Of a stretch of DNA of 64,000 nt, positions 58,055-64,000 are shown one piece after another (positions within the stretch are counted from its first letter, which is position 1; each line of letters opens with the position of its first letter). This stretch comes from Candidatus Omnitrophota bacterium (GTDB lineage Bacteria > Omnitrophota > Gorgyraeia > B26-G9): assembly GCA_043806135.1 (NCBI GenBank), contig JAZDHG010000009.1, forward strand, positions 430 through 64,429, read 5' to 3'. The notes under the pieces are model-generated. The model was given only the letters and a program-made list of their open reading frames with translations. It did not search any database and was not told the origin of the DNA. The position numbers were made by a program, and so were the translations under genes.

Positions 58055-58687
58055 ATGAACAAAAAGATTGTTTATCTTAAAAATTGTATAAAAAGCGGAG
58101 TTTGCCTTGAAAATCCGGTTTTCAGTTTAATGCTTGGATTGTGTCCGACGCTTGCGGTTACGGTTACTGCGGAAAACGGCATTGGGATAGGGCTTGCCGC
58201 AACATTTGTCCTGCTTGGCTCAAATGTAATTATTTCAATGATAAAGAATTTTGTGCCCCCTCAGGTACGTATTCCTTGTTATATCCTGGTAATTGCGACG
58301 TTTGTTACAATCGTTAAATTACTTTTACAAACTTATGTGCCCTTGATTTATGCTAAACTGGGGCTGTTTGTGGATATTATGGTTGTGAACTGTATAATCC
58401 TCGGCCGTGCCGAGGCATTTGCCAGTAAAAATACGGTGAGCATGTCTGCAGCTGACGCCCTGGGCATGGGTATAGGATTTACACTTGCGTCCGCAGGTAT
58501 CGGGGCTATACGCGAAATCCTGGGTGCGGGAACATTGCTTGGCAGGCCTTTGTTCGGGCCGTTATTTAATCCAATGCTGGTAATGATTTTGCCGCCGGGA
58601 GCTTTTTTGACGATTGGTGTTATTATAGCGGTTTTAAATCGTCTTAACCCTGGCCGGGAAAAATCCCAGAGCGGATGTTGTAATTAA
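58055..58687 (+). CDS. rnfE: Rnf/Nqr-type electron transport complex subunit RnfE
   Basis: NPVFSLMLGLCPTLAVTVTAENGIGIGLAATFVLLGSNV is the RnfE/NqrD signature; AAGGAG SD (supplied by the repeat) 5 nt upstream. Confidence 0.8.
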   Translation: MNKKIVYLKNCIKSGVCLENPVFSLMLGLCPTLAVTVTAENGIGIGLAATFVLLGSNVIISMIKNFVPPQVRIPCYILVIATFVTIVKLLLQTYVPLIYAKLGLFVDIMVVNCIILGRAEAFASKNTVSMSAADALGMGIGFTLASAGIGAIREILGAGTLLGRPLFGPLFNPMLVMILPPGAFLTIGVIIAVLNRLNPGREKSQSGCCN

Positions 58688-58711
58688 AAATAAACACTAA
58701 GAGGTCATAGC

Positions 58712-59305
58712 ATGGAAATAAATTTTGTTAAAATATTCGGGATCATAATTTCAGCTGTTTTTGTGAATAATTTTGTGTTTTCTCGTTTTCTGGGGTTGTG
58801 CTCATTCGTTGGTATATCTAAAAAACTTGATGTAGCTCTGGGCATGGGTATTGCCATGACATTTGTGGTCACAATGTCATCAATAATAACATGGCCTGTG
58901 TATCATTTTATTCTAGTGCCTTTTCATCTTGAATATCTGAATATAATAACTTTTATTTTGATCATTGCCTGCTTTGTGCAGCTGGTTGAAATGTTTATGC
59001 ATAAATTCAACCTAGCACTGTATAAAGCCCTGGGTATATACCTGCCGCTTATTACAGTTAATTGTGTTGTACTTTTTGTTACGCTTTTGAATGTTCAGGA
59101 TAATTTAAATTTCGTGGAAAGCATTATCCAAGGATTCAGCGCAGGAGTTGGGTTTGCCATGGCGCTTGTTCTGATGACCAGCATCAGAGAAAAACTTGAA
59201 ATGGCAAAAATTCCAGAGCTTTTAAAAGGAACTCCGATAGCTTTTATCATCGCCGGGTTAATGTCGCTTGCATTCCTGGGGTTCAGCGGTCTGACAATCG
59301 GATAA
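58712..59305 (+). CDS. rnfA: Rnf electron transport complex subunit RnfA
   Basis: FVNNFVFSRFLGLCSFVGISKKLDVALGMGIAMTFVVT signature. Confidence 0.8.
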   Translation: MEINFVKIFGIIISAVFVNNFVFSRFLGLCSFVGISKKLDVALGMGIAMTFVVTMSSIITWPVYHFILVPFHLEYLNIITFILIIACFVQLVEMFMHKFNLALYKALGIYLPLITVNCVVLFVTLLNVQDNLNFVESIIQGFSAGVGFAMALVLMTSIREKLEMAKIPELLKGTPIAFIIAGLMSLAFLGFSGLTIG

Positions 59306-59309
59306 GCCT

Positions 59310-59960
59310 ATGAATCTAAAAACAAAAATTCGCAGATACTTTATAGCGGGCATCGTTGTCCTGCTGCCTTTGTTCATCACAATCTATGCTCTTTCTATCA
59401 GCGTAAGATTTCTGGATAACCTGCTGGGACGCTTTATCAGGCCGTATATTGAAATCACTTACGGCAGATCATTTTTTGGTCTTGGTCTGCTGGCTATAAT
59501 CGTGATTATTTTTCTTACGGGCATTCTGGCAACCAATGTTTTTATAAAAAGAGTGATGCCTTTTTTTGAACGAATATTTTTGCGTATTCCGTTTGTTTAT
59601 CAAATCTACCCTTCAATAAAACAGCTTGTTAAATTTCTTTTTTCAGAAGACAAACTTCACTTTAAGAAAGTTGTATTGTTTGAATATCCGAGAAAAGATG
59701 CTTTTACATTAGGTTTTATTACTAATGAATTCAAGTCAGAAAGCATCGCCGGAGCAGACTTGGACTCGGTTTGTGTTTATATTTCTTCTGCCCCGAATCC
59801 CATAACCGGCTTTTTTGTGATCGTGCCGAAAAGAGATGTTACGGTATTGGACATAACCATTGAGGATGCTTTCAAGATAATTATTTCCGGCGGAGTGCTT
59901 ATGCCCAAAGATCTTCTTGCCCAAAAACTCAATCTGAGAAGAATAGACGAACCCGGATAA
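59310..59960 (+). CDS. DUF502 family membrane protein
   Basis: N-terminal pattern RRYFIAGIVVLLPLFITIYAL...; ~215 aa with two TM helices. Confidence 0.6.
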   Translation: MNLKTKIRRYFIAGIVVLLPLFITIYALSISVRFLDNLLGRFIRPYIEITYGRSFFGLGLLAIIVIIFLTGILATNVFIKRVMPFFERIFLRIPFVYQIYPSIKQLVKFLFSEDKLHFKKVVLFEYPRKDAFTLGFITNEFKSESIAGADLDSVCVYISSAPNPITGFFVIVPKRDVTVLDITIEDAFKIIISGGVLMPKDLLAQKLNLRRIDEPG

Positions 59961-60010
59961 GGGCGCATATAAATTCTAATAGATGATTTTAAAACAGAAA
60001 GTGTGATAAG

Positions 60011-61141
60011 GTGAAGATTTTAATTATCCACGCTACTGCCGGTGCCGGCCATCTTAAAGCCGCACAAGCCCTGCATCAGGCATTTTTTACTAATGCCCAA
60101 GAGAGTGATGAAATTAAGAAAATTGATGCGCTAGATTATACAAATGATTTTTTCAAAAAAGCGTATCCAGCTGTCTATATTTTTTTGGTAAAATATGTTC
60201 CGTTTTTATGGGGCTGGATATTTCATCTGCTTAACTGCGGCTCACTTAGACCGATCATAAGGCCTATGCGTCACTTTTTTAACTCTATACAGTGTAAAAA
60301 GCTGATCAGCTATGTTTTAAATGAAGCCCCGGATGCGGTGATTTGCGAGCATTTTCTTTCTGCGGAGTTGATGTCGCATTTAAAGCGTAAAGGGAAATTC
60401 AAAGGTTATGTGCTTTGCGGAGTGACAGATTTTGGTGTGCATCAGTTCTGGATCAATGAGGGAACTGATTTTTATTTTGTGGCAAGTGAGATGACCAAGG
60501 ATGAACTTGTTTGTAAGAGAGTGCCTGAAGAGAAGGTAATAATCACGGGTATCCCTGTTGAGGAAAAATTTTCTAAGAAAATCTCCAAAACCCAGATGCG
60601 TTTAAAATTAGGGCTTGATGAAAGTAAATTTACGGTGCTGATCACCAGCGGAGGATTTGGAGTTGGTCCGATCAAAAAGATAGCCGGGCTTTTGGATGAA
60701 ATCCAGGCGGATCTTCAAATGCTGGTGATCTGCGGCCAGAACCCTCAACTTCTGGATTTTTTTAAACATCAAACCTTTAAAAAGAAGATTAAGGTTTTCG
60801 GTTATGTTAATAATATGGAGGAGTGTATGGAGGCCTCTGATATTATAATCTCAAAGTCCGGAGGATTGACTGTGTCTGAGTCGCTGGTGAAAGGGCTTCC
60901 CATGCTCATTATCCGACCCATACCAGGACAGGAAATGAGGAACGCCCAGATAATCGAAGACTATAAAATAGGCATCAGGATAAATTGTATCAGCGAGTTA
61001 ACTGAACAGGTAGAAAAAATGCTTGAGGGCGAGGGTAAAGTTTTAAAGGAAATGAAGGATAATGCCTTAAAACTGGCAAAACCGGACGCAGCGCAAAGGA
61101 TATGTCAATGGGTGACGGAAAACTTATTACCGAGGAAATAA
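60011..61141 (+). CDS. MGDG-synthase/UgtP-like GT28 glycosyltransferase (diacylglycerol glycosyltransferase)
   Basis: N-terminal MKILIIHATAGAGHLKAAQAL (MGDG synthase N domain) and a C-terminal GT-B domain. Confidence 0.6.
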   Translation: MKILIIHATAGAGHLKAAQALHQAFFTNAQESDEIKKIDALDYTNDFFKKAYPAVYIFLVKYVPFLWGWIFHLLNCGSLRPIIRPMRHFFNSIQCKKLISYVLNEAPDAVICEHFLSAELMSHLKRKGKFKGYVLCGVTDFGVHQFWINEGTDFYFVASEMTKDELVCKRVPEEKVIITGIPVEEKFSKKISKTQMRLKLGLDESKFTVLITSGGFGVGPIKKIAGLLDEIQADLQMLVICGQNPQLLDFFKHQTFKKKIKVFGYVNNMEECMEASDIIISKSGGLTVSESLVKGLPMLIIRPIPGQEMRNAQIIEDYKIGIRINCISELTEQVEKMLEGEGKVLKEMKDNALKLAKPDAAQRICQWVTENLLPRK

Positions 61142-61806
61142 GACAAAATCTTGAGCAGATCAAACTGCGTCTTGAGTTTGAGGAGTATTTTTCTAAAGAG
61201 GGCATTCCTTTTGCTAATGTACTGACAGTTAATGCACCCACAGATAAAAAAGAAGCGTTTGAGGCGCTTCTGAGTCTTGCAGAAAAATGTCAGATGTGTT
61301 CGTTATATAAGACAAGGACAAATCTTGTTTTCGGAGACGGCAGCCTGAATGCCCAGATCATGTTCGTGGGAGAAGCTCCGGGACGGGAGGAGGACTTAGC
61401 CGGAATTCCTTTTGTCGGTGCTGCCGGTCAGCTGCTTACCAAGATCATAAAGGCCATGAAACTTGAGCGCAGTGATGTATTTATTACTAATGTATTGCGC
61501 TGCCGTCCACCGGAAAACCGTAATCCGCTGCCTGAAGAGGTGGTCTGCTGCAGGCCTTATCTGCTTGAACTGGTAAAAATAATTAAGCCTAAGATAATTT
61601 GCACTCTGGGGAAATTTGCCGCGCATGCAATGCTGAATGTTACAAGACCGATCTCAAGGCTCAGAGGAAATTTTTATGATTTTGAAGGGATTAAACTTAT
61701 GCCTACCTACCATCCGGCATATCTTTTGCGCAACCCTCAAGATAAAAAACTTGTCTGGGATGACATGAAAAGAATAATGAAATACCTAAAAGAAGATGAA
61801 ACTTGA
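61102..61806 (+). CDS. Uracil-DNA glycosylase, family 4
   Basis: [18 protein letters not shown]...[12 protein letters not shown]...[12 protein letters not shown] motifs. Confidence 0.85.
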   Translation: MSMGDGKLITEEIRQNLEQIKLRLEFEEYFSKEGIPFANVLTVNAPTDKKEAFEALLSLAEKCQMCSLYKTRTNLVFGDGSLNAQIMFVGEAPGREEDLAGIPFVGAAGQLLTKIIKAMKLERSDVFITNVLRCRPPENRNPLPEEVVCCRPYLLELVKIIKPKIICTLGKFAAHAMLNVTRPISRLRGNFYDFEGIKLMPTYHPAYLLRNPQDKKLVWDDMKRIMKYLKEDET

Positions 61807-62689
61807 CCGCTACATTGATGAATTTATTGATTACTTATCTTTGGAAAGAGGGCTTTCGCAAAATACGATTTCCTCTTACCGTCGCGATTTAAATAAATTT
61901 TCGCAATATATAGAGGATAACCATATTACTGATCTGCTCAATCCGACCAGGGAGGATTTTGTCGGTTTTATTTATGATCTTAAAGAAAAGAATCTAAAAT
62001 CAAGTTCAATTGCAAGAAATATAGTAGTTCTTAAGGTTTTTTATAGGTACCTGGTAAGCCAGAAATATACACTGAGGGACCCGGCTGAGCTTTTAGAGTC
62101 TCCTCGTTTATGGCGCTATCTGCCTGATGTGCTTTCTATACAGGAAGTGGAAAATTTTTTAAATGTGATAAGGGGGGATAAGATCAAGGAACTGCGCGAT
62201 CGGGCCTGTTTTGAATTACTTTATGCCACAGGTATGCGGGTTTCAGAGCTTGTTGATCTGAAACTAAAAGATATAGATTTTAAGCTCGGGGTCATACGCT
62301 GTTTCGGTAAAGGACAAAAAGAAAGAATTATTCCTATGGGAGGGTATGCTCAGTCAGCCCTGGTTGAATATTTGGAGAAAAGCAGAGGAAAATTGTTAAA
62401 AAACAAAGAGTCGAAGCATCTCTTTGTTTCTAAATTCGGGATGAAACTCAATCGAAGAAGGATATGGAAGCTTATTAAGCAGTATGTTGTTTTGGCAAAT
62501 ATTTCCAAGCGGGTTTCACCGCATACATTGCGTCATTCGTTCGCGACTCATTTACTGGAAAGGGGTGCGGATCTGCGTATTGTACAGGAACTTCTTGGTC
62601 ATAGCAATATTGCCACAACTCAGATATACACGCATGTAGATAAGAATAGGCTAAAATCAATTCATAGTAAATTCCATCCGCGGCCTTAA
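61796..62689 (+). CDS. xerD: Tyrosine site-specific recombinase XerC/XerD
   Basis: N-terminal SAM-like domain; catalytic R..HxxR..Y (HTLRHSFATHLLE...LGHSNIATTQIYTHV). Confidence 0.8.
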   Translation: MKLDRYIDEFIDYLSLERGLSQNTISSYRRDLNKFSQYIEDNHITDLLNPTREDFVGFIYDLKEKNLKSSSIARNIVVLKVFYRYLVSQKYTLRDPAELLESPRLWRYLPDVLSIQEVENFLNVIRGDKIKELRDRACFELLYATGMRVSELVDLKLKDIDFKLGVIRCFGKGQKERIIPMGGYAQSALVEYLEKSRGKLLKNKESKHLFVSKFGMKLNRRRIWKLIKQYVVLANISKRVSPHTLRHSFATHLLERGADLRIVQELLGHSNIATTQIYTHVDKNRLKSIHSKFHPRP

Positions 62690-62847
62690 TTAGGCGTTTT
62701 GGCTCAGAAAGAGGTGGCGGTTCTATTTGATTGATGAATGATATTAGTTTTAACAGAGAACGATTCTTGAAAATAAGAAATGTTTTTGTTTTATGTTGTT
62801 GGGGTGATGCACCCGCATGATTTTCACTGAAAATCAAAACGCAAGTA

Positions 62848-62980
62848 CAGGCCTGCCCCAGACCCCAGCCTTCCCCCGCACCAGAAAGACGGAGTCTTAC
62901 GGTGCAGGGTAAAATTTCATTTGTTAAATTATGAAGCCATGCCATGTATCGAGCTTTACCCTGGTACATGGGAAGCAAAA
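62848..62980 (+). repeat. Repeat family B copy 3 (5'-truncated relative to copies 1 and 2)
   Basis: See 31059-31216; same orientation. Confidence 0.65.
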
Positions 62981-63409
62981 CTTGTCCCTCTTATTGATGG
63001 CGGGATAATGCACTTGGTTTTGAATGGAGAAAATATGACATGTGATATATTCAGTAATGCAATTATATTGCAGGCTAAACGCTGCTCGCTGAAAGTTGGA
63101 TATAATACAAAACTGATTGCAAAACTTATGTATCAAAGTAGGATATTAATTGTTTTCAGTTTTTGAAAGTTATGGTTTTTTTTGAATTTCTTGACAAAAT
63201 TGAAGATCACAGGTAAACTTTATTCTAATAAGCAGAATGAGTTAGAATTCTGCGTATTAAATAAAATCATATAATTTTAATAGTCTAATATCGGAGAGAG
63301 ATGTTGATTGTTTTTCTACGATTAATCTGCTTTAAAATATAATCTATTAGAAAAGATTTTCTAATAGATTTTTTTATTTTAAGGATAAACAAAAAATGGA
63401 AGTGAATTT

Positions 63410-64000
63410 ATGAAGCTTTTAAAAAATCGTTGCCTTGAGAGCATAACTGTCTTAGTTGTATGTATTTTTATGGGTGAGGGGGCACTGCCTCTAATGTTTT
63501 CCGAAGCGAATGCTGCGCAATTTAAAGTTTTTGAGCATACATATATTCGCCAAGAAGGTACCCCGGCAATGGAAATTCTTGACTTTCCCGTGCTGAATCC
63601 TCAAATAGTATGGACTTTGCAGGCCTTTAACGGCGGCATGGAAGACGGCGAAACAGAGTACGAGAAAGTCTCAAGTGCTACGTTAAATGTAAACGGACTA
63701 GAAGTACTGCGTACAAACCAATTCAATCAAAATACCTCATATATAGAAGAAGTTGTAACCCTTTCTACAAATAATACTATATCTACTCAGCTGCGCAGTA
63801 AGCCCGGAGGCTGCTTAATGGTAGCTATTGTAGGGGAGGATGATCAGCCCCCAACAGCAGTATGGCAGAGCCCTGCTGATAATCAATTTTTCAAAACACA
63901 GCAGCTTACTGCAAGCCTAATTGTAGCTGATGATGTTTCCGGCTTAAACCCGCAAACTTTAAGCATTACAGACAATGCAAGTGATATTACCGACCAATTC
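63410..64000 (+). CDS. Secreted hypothetical protein, N-terminal 197 aa (ORF open to the window end)
   Basis: Signal peptide MKLLKNRCLESITVLVVCIFMGEGALPLMFSEANA; no stop before position 64000; lies downstream of family B copy 3. Confidence 0.5.
   Translation, partial: MKLLKNRCLESITVLVVCIFMGEGALPLMFSEANAAQFKVFEHTYIRQEGTPAMEILDFPVLNPQIVWTLQAFNGGMEDGETEYEKVSSATLNVNGLEVLRTNQFNQNTSYIEEVVTLSTNNTISTQLRSKPGGCLMVAIVGEDDQPPTAVWQSPADNQFFKTQQLTASLIVADDVSGLNPQTLSITDNASDITDQF

Noticed and set aside
1-64000. CRISPR arrays, tRNA/rRNA genes, transposases, toxin-antitoxin or known defence genes
   Set aside because: No regularly spaced direct repeats were seen, and no tRNA-like GTTCRANYC arms in the intergenic regions. 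There are no recognisable Cas, transposase, restriction or abortive-infection motifs in any ORF.

Overview
Low-GC (roughly 40%) bacterial chromosomal window, almost entirely + strand and tightly packed with genes; the gene content and repeat-rich intergenic spacers suggest an uncultivated or candidate-phylum lineage. The 5' third (1-17 kb) is a type IV pilus / pseudopilin super-cluster: a pilC 3' end, a consensus sigma70 promoter, three pseudopilin-like genes including a giant 910-aa GspK-like protein, a PilS/PilR-like two-component pair, a perfect sigma54 promoter driving two tandem PilA-type pilins, a GGDEF cyclase, a fused pilM-pilN, then pilO, pilP and the pilQ secretin. Downstream are housekeeping operons (rimP-nusA-infB; trpS; scpA/scpB; pheA-hisC-aroF-tyrA; cmk-plsC-rpsA; tyrS-recG; an EF-G paralog; a third pseudopilin; yebC-ruvCAB; queH-queA-tgt; a glpK/three-component G3P dehydrogenase/glpQ cluster; yajC-secDF; rnfE-rnfA; DUF502; an MGDG-synthase-like GT; UDG4; xerD). 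There are no rRNA or tRNA genes, CRISPR arrays, transposases or obvious defence genes. The unexplained signal is in the non-coding DNA: several dispersed conserved repeat families, two of them with convincing RNA-like secondary structure, and an inverted-repeat motif sitting inside the leader/N-terminal regions of two pseudopilin genes. One repeat family lies next to an orphan YD/RHS fragment and next to a large secreted protein gene truncated at the window end.
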